Shown piece by piece: positions 8,580 through 18,970 of a stretch of 55,345 nt of DNA; positions within the stretch are counted from its first letter, which is position 1, and each line of letters begins with the position of its first letter. Both the position numbers and the translations under genes were made by a program. The DNA is from Candidatus Methylomirabilota bacterium (lineage in GTDB: Bacteria; Methylomirabilota; Methylomirabilia; Methylomirabilales; 2-02-FULL-66-22): the NCBI GenBank assembly GCA_016180655.1, contig JACPAT010000030.1:1-55345 (forward strand). The letters are read 5' to 3'. The notes beneath the pieces are model-generated. The model saw only the letters and a program-made list of their open reading frames with translations, did no database searches and was not told the origin of the DNA.

Positions 8580-10283
8580 CTAGTGGCCCGTGGTCACTCG
8601 CAAGATCTCCTCGAGGGTGGTCACGCCTTCGCGGATCTTCCCCAATCCTGCCTCCCGCAGGGTCTTCATGCCGTTTTTCCGCCCCAGCTCGCGCAGCTCG
8701 ATGACCGAGGCCCCCTGGAGGATGGCCTCCTTGATGTTGTCCCGGATGAGCATGACCTCGTACAGGGCCACGCGGCCCTTGTAGCCGGTCTCGCTGCATG
8801 CCATACAGCCCTTGCCCTTCATCGGGATGAGGGTGGCGGCCTCCTCGGGGCTGAACCCGATGTTCACCAGGGCCTGTGCGGGGAGCGGCGTGGGCTCCTT
8901 GCACTGCTGGCACACGCGGCGCGCCAGGCGCTGGGCCAGGATCACGTTGGTCGAGGCGGACACCAGGAACGGCTCCACCCCCATGTTCAACAGGCGGCTG
9001 ATGGTGCTGGGGGCGTCGTTGGTGTGAAGCGTGGACAGCACCAGGTGTCCCGTGAGGGCGGCCTTGATGGCGATCTCGGCCGTCTCGTAGTCGCGGATCT
9101 CCCCCACCATGATGATGTCCGGGTCCTGCCGCAGGAAGGATCGCAGGGCCGCGGCGAAGTTCAGCCCGATCTCCGCCTTCATCTGGACCTGGTTGATCCC
9201 GGGGAGGTTGAACTCCACCGGGTCCTCGGCGGTCATGATGTTGGTCTCGGTGGTGTTCAGGCGGTTCAGGGCGGAGTAGAGGGTGGTCGTCTTCCCCGAT
9301 CCGGTCGGCCCCGTGACCAGGACCATGCCGTAGGGCAAGAGGAGCCCGCTCTCGAAGTCCGTCAGGGCCTGGGAGTCGAACCCCAGCTTGGTCATGTCCA
9401 GCTGGAGGTTCCCCTTGTCCAGCAGCCGCAGGACCACCTTCTCGCCGAAGAGGGTGGGCAGGGTGGAGACCCGGTAGTCCATCTCCTTGCCCCCCATCTT
9501 GATCTTGATGCGACCGTCCTGGGGCAGCCGCCGCTCCGCGATGTCGAGCTGCGCCATGATCTTGACGCGGGAGGTGATGGCGGCCTTGAGCCGGGTGGGG
9601 GGCTGCATGACCTCGTACAGGACGCCGTCAATGCGGTACCGGACCCGGAAGGACTTCTCGTACGGCTCGATGTGAATGTCCGAGGCCCCCTTCTTGATGG
9701 CGTCGGTCAGGATCAGGTTCACCAGCTTGACGACGGGGGCGTCCTCGGCGGCCTGCCCCAGCTCGGCCGCGTTGATGCTGTCCTCGCTTTCCTTGAGGGC
9801 TTCGACGTCCTTGTCGTCGAAGTTCTTCATGATGTCCTCGACCATGCCGGCCGAGTCGTAGTGCTTGTTGATGGCGTTCTTGATGGAGGTCTCCGCCGCC
9901 ACCACCGGCTCCACCTTGAAGCCGGTCATGAACTTGATGTCGTCAATGGCGAAGATGTTGCTGGGGTCCGCCATGGCGACGGTCAGGACGTTGCCGGTGC
10001 GGTTGATGGGGATCACCTGGTGCTTCTGGGCGATCTCCGAGGGGATCAGCTTGATGACGGTGGCGTCGATCTCGAAGTGGCCGAGGTTGATGGAGGGGAC
10101 CCCGTACTGCCGGCTGAGGAAGGAGGTGATGTCGTCTTCGCTGATGAAGCCCAGCTTGACGAGGTTGGTCCCGATCCGGCCCCCGGAGGTCTCCTGCTGC
10201 TGCAGGGCCTTCGTGAGCTGTTCCTTGCTGATCAGAGTCGCCTTGACGAGCATGTCGCCGAGGCGCGCCGCTCCTACAGCCAT
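8580..10283 (-). CDS. pilB: Type IV pilus assembly ATPase PilB (GspE family)
   Basis: It has an N-terminal T2SSE_N domain and Walker A GPTGSGKTT. A tetracysteine motif is present (CQQC...CMAC). GAGGGA lies upstream of the ATG. Confidence 0.93.
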   Translation of the reverse strand: MAVGAARLGDMLVKATLISKEQLTKALQQQETSGGRIGTNLVKLGFISEDDITSFLSRQYGVPSINLGHFEIDATVIKLIPSEIAQKHQVIPINRTGNVLTVAMADPSNIFAIDDIKFMTGFKVEPVVAAETSIKNAINKHYDSAGMVEDIMKNFDDKDVEALKESEDSINAAELGQAAEDAPVVKLVNLILTDAIKKGASDIHIEPYEKSFRVRYRIDGVLYEVMQPPTRLKAAITSRVKIMAQLDIAERRLPQDGRIKIKMGGKEMDYRVSTLPTLFGEKVVLRLLDKGNLQLDMTKLGFDSQALTDFESGLLLPYGMVLVTGPTGSGKTTTLYSALNRLNTTETNIMTAEDPVEFNLPGINQVQMKAEIGLNFAAALRSFLRQDPDIIMVGEIRDYETAEIAIKAALTGHLVLSTLHTNDAPSTISRLLNMGVEPFLVSASTNVILAQRLARRVCQQCKEPTPLPAQALVNIGFSPEEAATLIPMKGKGCMACSETGYKGRVALYEVMLIRDNIKEAILQGASVIELRELGRKNGMKTLREAGLGKIREGVTTLEEILRVTTGH

Positions 10284-10376
10284 CAGTTCCCTCGGGCCAT
10301 CCTTCCGCCCACCATGCGCACGGGAGCCATCATGTTACTGGTCCACCCCTGCTTGTCAAGGAAAAACTCCCCCCCA

Positions 10377-10652
10377 TCAGATCCCCGGGGCGTCCCGCAT
10401 CGCCTGAACCGGCGCGGGTTTACCCGTCCACGGCTTGAATGCCAGCCCCCCCTGATGAAGCCGCATGCAGAAACGGTTGCCGGCGCGGCAGCCGCGGGCC
10501 CGCGCGGCCGGGAGGAGGGGCATCTCCGGCGGGCTGGTGATCAGGTCCCACACGACCATCGGAGTGGAAAGGCTGGCATACTCGAAGCGTTGTGGATCGC
10601 CGGGCTGCAGGCCCACCGAGGTCGTACCGACCAGGAGCCGGATTTCGGCCAT
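10377..10652 (-). CDS. Hypothetical small protein (about 91 aa)
   Basis: This is the minus ORF MAEIRLLVGTTSVGLQPGDPQRFEY..., with strongly G/C-biased third positions like its neighbours. I recognise no family. The start is uncertain; an ATG at 10721 is also in frame. Confidence 0.4.
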   Translation of the reverse strand: MAEIRLLVGTTSVGLQPGDPQRFEYASLSTPMVVWDLITSPPEMPLLPAARARGCRAGNRFCMRLHQGGLAFKPWTGKPAPVQAMRDAPGI

Positions 10653-10728
10653 CTCGGTGGTCCGCCAATCAGAATGCAAGGCCTGGGCCGTGATCTGGCA
10701 CGCCGGAGATCGCGCCGCCATCGGATTG

Positions 10729-13545
10729 TCAGGCGATCCCCTCGGCGATGGCGTGCACCAGCGCCTGCCGGATGGCCTCCATGCGGTCCCCCTCCGCCAC
10801 CTTGCTCCCGTCCTTCTCGGTCACATAGAAGACATCCACGGCCTGGTCCACCTCCGTGGCGATTTTCGCCAGGGCCACATCCAGATCCATGTCCGAGAGC
10901 GTGCTGCTGATCACGTAGAGCAGCCCCAGACGGTCCGGCGCCCGGACGTCGATCACCGTGTACCGGTCCGACACCAGGCTGTCGAACTCCACCCGGGTCT
11001 GCATCTCCCTCGCCCCGGGGCTGGGCTTGGCGAGCAGATCTCGCCGGCGCGCCTTGATCAGGTCGCGCACCGCGACCTGGTCCAGGATGACTCCCTTCAG
11101 GTCGCGGGCGAAGCGATGCCAGACGGTCTCATCCTCGAGGGCGGCGCCGCGGCCGTCGCTCACCTGGAAGGTGCGGATCATGACCCCGTCCGCCCGGCTG
11201 AAGAGCTGGGCCGTCAGGATATTGATCCCGTTCGCCGTCAGGGTCCCGACCACCTTGGCGAAGCGGCCCGGCGCGCCCGGCGCGCACACCGAGACCTCCG
11301 AGTAGCCCGCCATGGGGTAAGCGTCCCAGCGGATCGCCACCGGCTCGCCGCGACGCACCTGCTCGATGAGCTGGAGGTGCTGCGCCACCTTGGTGCTGGA
11401 GGTGGTGAGGACGTATCGGCTGGGCATGAGGGTGAGGTGCTGCCGCACCACCTCGGCCCCGAACTCTCCTCCCAGCTCCGCCACCAGGGCTGCCCGCTGG
11501 GTGGCCGCCTTGCGGTGCTCCTCCTCGCCCTCGGGGACGCCGCGCGTGAGGATGGTGTGGGTCTTGATGAACAGCTCCCACAGGAGGGTCCCCTTCCAGT
11601 CGGTCCAGACCTGGGGGCCCACGGCGTTGATGTCCAGGTAGGTGAGGAGGTAGAGCATCTTCAGGAGGTCCTCGTCGCCCACCAGACGCGCGAAGTCGAT
11701 GATGAGGCGCTCGTCGTCCAGGTCCCGCCGTTCGGCGATGTGGGCCATGCTGAGGTGCTGGGCCACCAGGAACGTCACGCCCGCGATGTCGCTCTGCGCC
11801 AGGCCCATGCGGGTCAAGGCCGCCTCGGCGATGGCCACGCCGCGCTCCACGTGGCCGTGCCCCTCCCCCTTGCCGATGTCGTGGAAGAGGATCGCCTGTT
11901 TCAGCACCTCCGGCTTCTTCAGCTCGCCGGCGATCCGCCGGAACTCCTGGAGGCGGGGGTCGGTCGCCTCGGCGAGCGCTTCCAGGTAATCCAGCAGGAC
12001 GAAGGTGTGCTCGTCCACCGTGTACCGGTGGTAGTAATCGAACTGGACCAGGCAGGCCACCCGGGCGAACTCCGGGAGGTAGGCGGACAGCACCCCCAGC
12101 TGGTGCATCTGGCGCAGGGTGTCCGCCACGCCGCGCGGAGCCTTGAGGATGGCCAGGAAGAATCCCAGGGCCCGGTTCGAGCGCCGGAAGTCGTCGTCGA
12201 TCAACTCCAGGTTGCTCCGGACGGCCCCCTTGGCCTCGGGGCTCAGGTCGTAGCCCATCTCCTGGCAGTACCAGAAGATCTTGAGGAGCCGGATGGGGTC
12301 CTCCCGGAAGCAGTGGCGCTTCCCGGGCAGGATGTGGATCTGGCGGTTGAGCTCGGTGAACTCATCGCCGATGTCCCGGGCCCTCAACTTCTTCATCACG
12401 GCCTCCACATGGGAGCCGGGTCGGGCGACACAGCGCTCGATGAGGTGCCCCGAGAACTGGTGCAGCGCCCCGGCCCGGGTATAGTACTGTTGCATGAATC
12501 GCTCGACCCCGTAGGTCGCCTCGTCCCGGAATCCCAGGTTGGCCGCCACCGGGACCTGCAGGGAGAGGCTGAGCACGTCGCTCTTCCCCCCGTGCAGATA
12601 GTGCAGCTCGCTGCGCACGCGGAGGAGGAAATCCAGCGCCTGGAGGCACTGCGCCAGCTCCACGGGGGTGAGCAGGCCCAGCGCCGGCAGCGCCTTGAGG
12701 TTCTCCAGGCGATGCCGGGCGCGCGCCACCCAGAGCGCCGTGTGGAAATCCCGCAGCCCTCCCGGTCCCTCCTTGACGTTGGGCTCCTGCAGGTAGACGG
12801 AGCCCCCGTACTTGGTGTGCCGCTGGAGCTGTTCCCGCAGCTTGAGCTGGATGTACTGCTGGGCCCGCCGCCCCTGGAGGCTCCGCCACATCCGGTCCTG
12901 AAAACCGGTGAAGACGTCGGGGCGCCCGGCCAGGAAGCGCGCCTCCAGCATGGAGGTGCGGGCCGTGAGGTCGGCGTCCATCATCCGCATGGCGTCGTTC
13001 AGGGAGCGGCAGCTGTGGCCCACGCTGAAGCCCAGGTCCCACAGGAAGTACAGGACGTGATTCAGGGTCGCGGCCACGTACTCGTCCACGCGCCGGGGGT
13101 ACAGGAACATCACGTCCACGTCGGAGCCTGGGTTCAGCTCCCGCCGCCCGTAGCCGCCCAGCGCCACCAGGGCGCAGCCTTCGCTCGGCTCCCGGAGTGC
13201 CGGCGGCACGACCCCGTCGGCCAGCCGGAAGAGCTGGCACACCACGGCGTCAACCAGGTCCGCGTGGCGGGCCACGACCTCGAGTCCGCTCGCCCCGCCT
13301 CGGTGCGCCGCCTCGATGCCTACCCGTTCCTCGGCGATGAACCGCTTCACCGCGGGCAGCAGTGCCGCGCGCAGCGCCTCCCCGTCCCCCGCCGGGGCCG
13401 CCGGGGCCAGCCCCTCCAGGAGTGCCTGGAAGCGAAGTGCCACCTCCGTCTCGGGCCCGTAGGAAATGGTCCTGGCCGGGCCCCGGGCCGGGGCGGGCAC
13501 GCCCCAGCGGAAGAGACGGGACAGGGCACGGACGGGATCAGCCAT
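10729..13545 (-). CDS. glnD: Bifunctional [protein-PII] uridylyltransferase / uridylyl-removing enzyme GlnD
   Basis: The start is ATG 13545 (MADPVRALS). It has a nucleotidyltransferase motif (GGYGRRELNPGSDVDVMFLY) and an HD domain (FHDIGKGEGHGH). Two C-terminal ACT-like domains follow. The 1482-aa ORF in the track is an upstream in-frame extension. Confidence 0.92.
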   Translation of the reverse strand: MADPVRALSRLFRWGVPAPARGPARTISYGPETEVALRFQALLEGLAPAAPAGDGEALRAALLPAVKRFIAEERVGIEAAHRGGASGLEVVARHADLVDAVVCQLFRLADGVVPPALREPSEGCALVALGGYGRRELNPGSDVDVMFLYPRRVDEYVAATLNHVLYFLWDLGFSVGHSCRSLNDAMRMMDADLTARTSMLEARFLAGRPDVFTGFQDRMWRSLQGRRAQQYIQLKLREQLQRHTKYGGSVYLQEPNVKEGPGGLRDFHTALWVARARHRLENLKALPALGLLTPVELAQCLQALDFLLRVRSELHYLHGGKSDVLSLSLQVPVAANLGFRDEATYGVERFMQQYYTRAGALHQFSGHLIERCVARPGSHVEAVMKKLRARDIGDEFTELNRQIHILPGKRHCFREDPIRLLKIFWYCQEMGYDLSPEAKGAVRSNLELIDDDFRRSNRALGFFLAILKAPRGVADTLRQMHQLGVLSAYLPEFARVACLVQFDYYHRYTVDEHTFVLLDYLEALAEATDPRLQEFRRIAGELKKPEVLKQAILFHDIGKGEGHGHVERGVAIAEAALTRMGLAQSDIAGVTFLVAQHLSMAHIAERRDLDDERLIIDFARLVGDEDLLKMLYLLTYLDINAVGPQVWTDWKGTLLWELFIKTHTILTRGVPEGEEEHRKAATQRAALVAELGGEFGAEVVRQHLTLMPSRYVLTTSSTKVAQHLQLIEQVRRGEPVAIRWDAYPMAGYSEVSVCAPGAPGRFAKVVGTLTANGINILTAQLFSRADGVMIRTFQVSDGRGAALEDETVWHRFARDLKGVILDQVAVRDLIKARRRDLLAKPSPGAREMQTRVEFDSLVSDRYTVIDVRAPDRLGLLYVISSTLSDMDLDVALAKIATEVDQAVDVFYVTEKDGSKVAEGDRMEAIRQALVHAIAEGIA

Positions 13546-13615
13546 GCGTCTCCCCGACGTGCGTGCGGGGCAGACGAGCCTGTCGATCCGTGGCGCACGC
13601 TCTCCACATGTCGTG

Positions 13616-13644
13616 ACTATATCCAGCGGCCGTCCCGGGGTCAA
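13616..13644 (-). promoter_or_regulatory. sigma-70 promoter candidate for glnD
   Basis: The minus strand reads TTGACC-N17-TATAGT, with the -35 at 13644-13639 and the -10 at 13621-13616. It lies about 70 nt upstream of the glnD ATG. The -35 overlaps the stop codon of the upstream gene. Confidence 0.5.
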
Positions 13645-16289
13645 GCCGGGCCGCCCTCGCGCCGGCGGATGAGAACCGGGACCCTCACGGGATCGTCTCC
13701 CCCCGCGGCGGTGAAGGGCTGGAGCGGCGGTGCCTGCATGGCCACCTCCAGCTCGTATGGGCCGGGCTCCCGCGGGGCCAGAATGATCCACAGGAGGTCG
13801 AGGACCTGGCCCGGGAACACGTCCTGCGGGAGGGGCGTGAAGTCTGTGGAGGCCGGCTGCCCGTCCCGAAGCCAGCGGGCCCCCACGGTGAACTTTCCGA
13901 GATAGGATTGCGGGGTGGCCAGCCAGAGGGCACCCTGCCCGGCCCCCCAGATGCGCCACTCGGATCCATGGTCCGGCAGGTCCGCCGACGCCCACCAGAT
14001 GGTGAGGCCGCCCAGGCGGGCGAGGCGCCGGAGCGGCACGCCCCCGAAGGATCCGGCCGCACGTTCGCGCCAGACCCCGTCGCCCCGGTTGCGGAGGCGG
14101 ACCGCGACCTCCACGGCCGCTCCGGTGACGGCCTCGACCCTCGGCGGCCCGTGCCAGGAGACGTCGGCGCGCGGGTTCTCCCCGGCAGGGGAGACCCCCT
14201 CCAGGGTGATCGGGTGCTCGATCCGGAAGCCGGCTCCCTGTACATCCAACCGGTAGGCGCCCGGCGTCGCGGGGGTCTCCAGCGGAACCACCGTCGTGTA
14301 CCTCCGGCCGGTTGGCAGCACCGTGGGGAGAAACACCGGGACCTCGCGCGGCGGCAGCGCCGGCCCGGCGGCAGGCTTCCAGATCACGGTCACGGGCGGC
14401 CGGCCAATGGGGCCGGGATTGACCCAGGGACCACCCGACTGTTCCTCCAGGCGCAGTCCCACGTGGAACCGCTCCGCGGCGGGAAGGGTCGGGGGGAGCG
14501 CCAGCGTGGCCTGAAGGCTCGTCGAGCGCGACGCGGCGGGGGTGATCCGGAACAGGCGGAGCGCCGGTCCCGCCCGGAGCAGCTCGAGGTGCCGGGACCA
14601 GGGAGGGTCCTGGAGCCACAGCCGGCGGTCCGCGTCGTGCAGTTCGTCCAGGTGGATGACGAGGGTCCGGACGCCCAGCGCCTCCAGCGCGTCCAGCACC
14701 GGGTCGGAAAACCCCTGGCCGTTCACCAGCGCCGCCAGCTCGAAATACGAGCCCGGCCGGAATCCGGAGTAGCCGTTGACCATGGGGGCCCAGTGCCGGG
14801 TGCTCTGCAACATGCGGAGCGCCTCGGGAACGGGCTCGGATGGCGAGAAGGGAATCTCGAGAATTGCACCGCTGCGGGCTGCATCTGCCAGCCAGGATGA
14901 GACTGGCGCGTCCTCGTGGGGCGCCTGCACCCGCTGCAATCGGATGGGGGTGTGGACCGATTCCGCCGCAATGCCGGCCAGGAGCGCCGCCACCATTCCC
15001 GCCGCGACGATCACCCCGTCCGGCCGCCGCTGCCGGATCCATGTCAGGATGCGCGCCGTGCCCATGCCGGCGAGAACCGCCAGCGGGATCAGGGTGATCA
15101 GGAAGAAGCGCGCCGGCACCCGCATGCCCCGGAACCCGGGGATCCAGAGAAAGAGGGCGAGGTAGGGGAGGGGCCACTGGGCCGGCTCATCACCCCAGAG
15201 CAGGATGGGTCCCAGGGACAGCAGGGCGGCGAGGCCTCCTACCAGGAGATAGCCGCGAGGCAGCGTGGCGGGGTTCGTCCCCTCGGCTTTCCTGCCGCGT
15301 CGCCACGGGATCAGTCCGAGACCGGCCAGACCGAGCGGCACCAGGCCGACGAACAGGGTGGTCTCCCACGGGGCATACTGCCGGCGGAACCGGCGCGTCA
15401 GATTTCCGTAGAGCCGGTTGGTTTCGTCAGCCGCCAGGAAGCTCAACGGCTGCGCGCTGTAGCGGAGTTGATCCTCCAGCCCGCGTTCGTGTCCCCACTG
15501 GGCCTGGGAGCGGAGGTACGGAAGCGTCACGGGCAGGAAGAGGATCGTGCCGAGCAGGCCTGCGAGTGCCAGGTCGCGGAGGACCCGGACGGTCGGCAGC
15601 CGGTTCCGGTCGAGCCAGCCCCGCCAGAGGGCATACGGGACGAGCAGCACCGACAGCATGAGGCCGAGATAGGCGGAGCTCAGGAACTGGCACCAGACCG
15701 CCAGGACCGCGCCCGCCATGCGGGACATCCGCGGCTCGCGCAGCCATGCCTCCACCGCGAGAAAGGCGAGGGGGGCCCACCAGGCCGACAGGAGTTGCAG
15801 GTGGAAGAGGTGGGGAAACCGCACCGGGGCGAAGGCGTAGACGAATCCCGCCACCAGGGCAGGGAGCTTCTCGCCGGTGATGGACCGGACCAGCAGGGCC
15901 AGGCTGAGGCCGTTCAGGACGAAGGCCCCCAGCAGGGTCAGGTTATAGCCGAGGACGGGGTTTCCGGTGGCGGCGTACACCGGGGCGAAGAGCAGTTGGT
16001 TCCCCAACAGCGTGTCGGAGAACGCCAGCGCGTCCGGGGCCGGATAGAAGATGTTCCCCTGGAAGAGGCGCGTCGGGAAATGGGTCAGGGCGTGCAGCAC
16101 CCATGTGAGGATCCAGGCGTTCAGGGGGGAATCGGCCGTGGCGGCCGGGTTGCTGTGGGCGATCAGGTGATCGGTCAGGTGGCGGGCCAAGGGCCAGGTG
16201 AGGATGACGGCCGCGGTCGCGTAGACCCCGGTGGCTGGGAGCACCCAGCTCCAGTTCCGGGAGGATGTCATGCCGGCCGGCCGGGCCAT
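13641..16289 (-). CDS. Large polytopic membrane protein with a big C-terminal extracytoplasmic domain; possible GT-C-type (ArnT/PMT-like) glycosyltransferase
   Basis: This is ORF 13641..16355 with about 12 hydrophobic helices in the N-terminal 480 aa, followed by a soluble domain. The function is inferred from topology only. The start is set at ATG 16289 (GGAG 4 nt upstream). Confidence 0.6.
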   Translation of the reverse strand: MARPAGMTSSRNWSWVLPATGVYATAAVILTWPLARHLTDHLIAHSNPAATADSPLNAWILTWVLHALTHFPTRLFQGNIFYPAPDALAFSDTLLGNQLLFAPVYAATGNPVLGYNLTLLGAFVLNGLSLALLVRSITGEKLPALVAGFVYAFAPVRFPHLFHLQLLSAWWAPLAFLAVEAWLREPRMSRMAGAVLAVWCQFLSSAYLGLMLSVLLVPYALWRGWLDRNRLPTVRVLRDLALAGLLGTILFLPVTLPYLRSQAQWGHERGLEDQLRYSAQPLSFLAADETNRLYGNLTRRFRRQYAPWETTLFVGLVPLGLAGLGLIPWRRGRKAEGTNPATLPRGYLLVGGLAALLSLGPILLWGDEPAQWPLPYLALFLWIPGFRGMRVPARFFLITLIPLAVLAGMGTARILTWIRQRRPDGVIVAAGMVAALLAGIAAESVHTPIRLQRVQAPHEDAPVSSWLADAARSGAILEIPFSPSEPVPEALRMLQSTRHWAPMVNGYSGFRPGSYFELAALVNGQGFSDPVLDALEALGVRTLVIHLDELHDADRRLWLQDPPWSRHLELLRAGPALRLFRITPAASRSTSLQATLALPPTLPAAERFHVGLRLEEQSGGPWVNPGPIGRPPVTVIWKPAAGPALPPREVPVFLPTVLPTGRRYTTVVPLETPATPGAYRLDVQGAGFRIEHPITLEGVSPAGENPRADVSWHGPPRVEAVTGAAVEVAVRLRNRGDGVWRERAAGSFGGVPLRRLARLGGLTIWWASADLPDHGSEWRIWGAGQGALWLATPQSYLGKFTVGARWLRDGQPASTDFTPLPQDVFPGQVLDLLWIILAPREPGPYELEVAMQAPPLQPFTAAGGDDPVRVPVLIRRREGGPA

Positions 16290-16368
16290 TCGTCTCCAGG
16301 GGAGTGCAATCCCCCGTTCAGCCTCGGAGCGGCAGCCGCGCTCGTGGGCGACCAAGCAGGGGCGGGAA

Positions 16369-16788
16369 TCAATGCCCCCGCTCCCGCCGGAAGGCCAGGT
16401 AGTCCGCCAGGATCTTCACGTGATCGAACGCCAGGGGGGCGGGCGGCTCCGTCGCTCTCACCGTCCGCACGTCGCCCGCGTCGTCCCCGGCCTGGGGCGT
16501 CCCCTGCGCGCTCGCAATGAAGACGGTGCTCACCGTGTGGCCCCGCGGGTCCCGGGACGGATCCGAGTAGGTGTGCAACTGGCGGATGAGTTCGATGTCC
16601 AGCCCCGTCTCCTCCTTCGCCTCGCGCACCGCGGCCGCCTCCAGGCTCTCGCCGTATTCCACGAAGCCGCCGGGCAGGGCCCACCCGTGGGGGGGATTGC
16701 GACGGCGGATCAGGACGATCCGATCCCCCTCCACCTCGATGATGAGGTCCACGGCGAGTCTGGGAGTTCGGGGGGATTGCGGCTGCAT
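16369..16788 (-). CDS. NUDIX hydrolase
   Basis: The Nudix box [24 protein letters not shown] (GX5EX7REUXEEXGU) is present. AAGGA lies upstream of the ATG. Confidence 0.9.
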   Translation of the reverse strand: MQPQSPRTPRLAVDLIIEVEGDRIVLIRRRNPPHGWALPGGFVEYGESLEAAAVREAKEETGLDIELIRQLHTYSDPSRDPRGHTVSTVFIASAQGTPQAGDDAGDVRTVRATEPPAPLAFDHVKILADYLAFRRERGH

Positions 16789-17032
16789 TGGGAGTTCCTT
16801 TGCGTGGCTGCGGGGAACACCATCGCCTTCACCCGTATCCTAGCGCGAGATTGACGCCGAGGCCAACGGATTATTCTCGCGCCCGGACCGCCGCGGATGG
16901 GGAGACGCTCCGCCTGGGGGAGCGGTCCAGGGTTCGCATCTCAGGGGGGTGGAACGACGAGACGGGGCGGGCCGGCGGCCCAGCGTCGGTTGGGTGCCCA
17001 GGGCGCCCGTTCCGGTGGTGGGGAGAAGTGCC

Positions 17033-18487
17033 TCAGTGTTTCGGAGCGCCAAGGCCGCCGCCGAACCCCGATGTGCCCGCCATGCCGAGGGCGTAGGCGC
17101 TCTCATTATGCTGGCTGAGGTCAAGGCCCGCGATCTCGTGCTCCTCTTCGACGCGGAGACCGATGGTCACATCCACGAGCTTGAGGAGGATCAGGGCGCC
17201 GATGAAGGCAAAGATCCAGGTTGCCAGGACAGCGATGGCCTGGACCCCAAGCAAGCCCGGGTTGCCGAAGAAGAGCCCGTTGTTGCCGGCGTCGTTCACC
17301 GCTTTGCTGGCGAAGAGGCCCGTGGCCAGCGCCCCCCAGGTCCCCCCGACGCCGTGCACCCCCACGACGTCCAGGGAGTCATCGTAGCCGAGCTTGGTCT
17401 TGACATTACAGGCGTTGTAGCACAGCACGCCCGCCACGCCGCCGATCACCACGGACGAGAGGGGTCCCACGAAGCCCGAGGCGGGCGTGATCGCCACCAG
17501 ACCGGCCACGGCACCCGAAGCGGCGCCGAGCACCGTCGGCTTGCCCCGTGCGAGCCACTCGGTGAACATCCAGGCGAGCGTGGCCGCCGCCGTGGCGATG
17601 TGGGTGACCACGAAGGCGCTGGTGGCCAGGGCGCCGGAGCTGAGCGCGCTCCCGGCGTTGAAGCCGAACCAGCCCACCCACAGCATGGCCGCCCCGGTGA
17701 CGGTCAGGGGAAGGTTGTGGGGCGGCATGGGCTCGGTGCCATAGCCGCGGCGCTTCCCAACGATGAGGGCGGCGGCCAGAGCCGATACGCCGGAGCTGAT
17801 GTGCACGACCGTTCCGCCGGCGAAGTCGAGGGCCCCCAGGTTCCGGAGCCACCCGCCCACCCCCCAGACCCAGTGGGCCAACGGGTCATAGATGAAGGTC
17901 GCCCAGAGCAGGGTGAAGACCAGGAACGCACTGAACTTCATCCGCTCCGCGAAGGCCCCGGTGATCAGGGCCGGCGTGATGATGGCGAACATGAGCTGGT
18001 AGATCATGAACGCCTGGTGGGGGATCGTCGCGGCGTAGTCCGGATACGGCTCGAGGCCCACGCCCCTCAGCCCGATCCACGACAAGTTGCCGAACAACCC
18101 GCCTACGTCAGGTCCGAAAGCAATGCTGTAGCCCCACAGGACCCACTGGATGCTGATCACCGCCATGATGATGAAGCTGTGCATGATGGTGCCCAGGACG
18201 TTGTGCCGGCGGACCATGCCCCCATAGAAGAGGGCCAGGCCCGGGGCCGTCATCATCAGGACCAGGGCAGCCGACGTTAACATCCAGGCGGTGTCGCCGC
18301 TGTCAATCTTTGCCTGTGGCGCCGCAGGTGCGGTCGCCGTGGGTTGGGGCGCCGCCGGAGCGGCCGTTGGGGCCGGGACTGCCCCCGGGGCCGGCGCCTG
18401 CTGGGCGGCGGAGGGCGCGGCCAGGATCCAGACGGTGACCAGCAGCACGAGGATCACGAGAAGCCAGGATCTGCATGGCAATCGCAT
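17033..18487 (-). CDS. amtB: Ammonium transporter (Amt family)
   Basis: It has a signal peptide followed by the Amt signature [26 protein letters not shown] and 11 TM helices. The start is set at ATG 18487 with GGGAGGG 7 nt upstream. Confidence 0.93.
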   Translation of the reverse strand: MRLPCRSWLLVILVLLVTVWILAAPSAAQQAPAPGAVPAPTAAPAAPQPTATAPAAPQAKIDSGDTAWMLTSAALVLMMTAPGLALFYGGMVRRHNVLGTIMHSFIIMAVISIQWVLWGYSIAFGPDVGGLFGNLSWIGLRGVGLEPYPDYAATIPHQAFMIYQLMFAIITPALITGAFAERMKFSAFLVFTLLWATFIYDPLAHWVWGVGGWLRNLGALDFAGGTVVHISSGVSALAAALIVGKRRGYGTEPMPPHNLPLTVTGAAMLWVGWFGFNAGSALSSGALATSAFVVTHIATAAATLAWMFTEWLARGKPTVLGAASGAVAGLVAITPASGFVGPLSSVVIGGVAGVLCYNACNVKTKLGYDDSLDVVGVHGVGGTWGALATGLFASKAVNDAGNNGLFFGNPGLLGVQAIAVLATWIFAFIGALILLKLVDVTIGLRVEEEHEIAGLDLSQHNESAYALGMAGTSGFGGGLGAPKH

Positions 18488-18758
18488 AACAGTTCCCTCC
18501 CTGATCATCATCTGTTTTCCGGGGCAGGGCGCAACGAAACGAAAAAGAGGAAGCCTGGAAGAACCGGTGCATCCCGCCGTGTGGTACTACGGAGAAAGCG
18601 ACCGTGCGCCGCGGCGCGGCACGCAAAGAACTCCCGCAAGCGGGGCGGCCGGCCGGGCGAGCCCAAGAAGTGGAGGTGGGGCGACATACACATCCCGGGG
18701 AAGTGAGCGTCTTTGCTCATAGCTGCGCCACGCTGCGCACGAGGTCTTGCCACTGCAA

Positions 18759-18774
18759 AGCATGCAGCGTGCCT
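18759..18774 (-). promoter_or_regulatory. sigma-54 promoter candidate for amtB
   Basis: The minus strand reads aGGCACgctgcATGCt, with correct GG-N10-GC spacing. It lies about 270 nt upstream of the amtB start. Confidence 0.35.
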
Positions 18775-18970
18775 GTCGGTCAGGATGGAGGCCTCTGGGC
18801 CGAAAACCGATCCCAAGGGCCGGATTTTACTGACGGGACGGGCGCACGGGGGCGGGGCGTTGTGGAGGTGAGGAGGCCTCAGTGTGCCTTTCGAGTAAGC
18901 AACTCCTCGAAGATGTGCCTATCCTTTGGGCGGAATGCGGTCGGTGGGGACCCGTGACGTTTGCGTGACC

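Noticed and set aside
6843-10910. A 1355-aa plus-strand ORF, and similar giants at 10465..13905, 258..1376, 36341..37702, 41694..44354 and 48169..50289.
   Set aside because: These are antisense or out-of-frame shadows typical of GC-rich DNA. Their composition is Arg/Gly/Pro/Asp-rich low complexity with no motifs. Each lies entirely opposite or overlapping genes with unmistakable family signatures (pilC/T/B, glnD, proB, kinase, SBP).
16851-16877. A plus-strand TTGACG ... TATTCT promoter-like pair downstream of amtB.
   Set aside because: The spacer is only 15 nt and the pair would fire antisense into the amtB 3' end. It is probably chance.
18512-18970. A possible glnK/PII or other small ORF upstream of amtB (e.g. 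18508..18816 minus, 18604..18957 plus).
   Set aside because: The translations have no PII signature, no RBS and an atypical composition.
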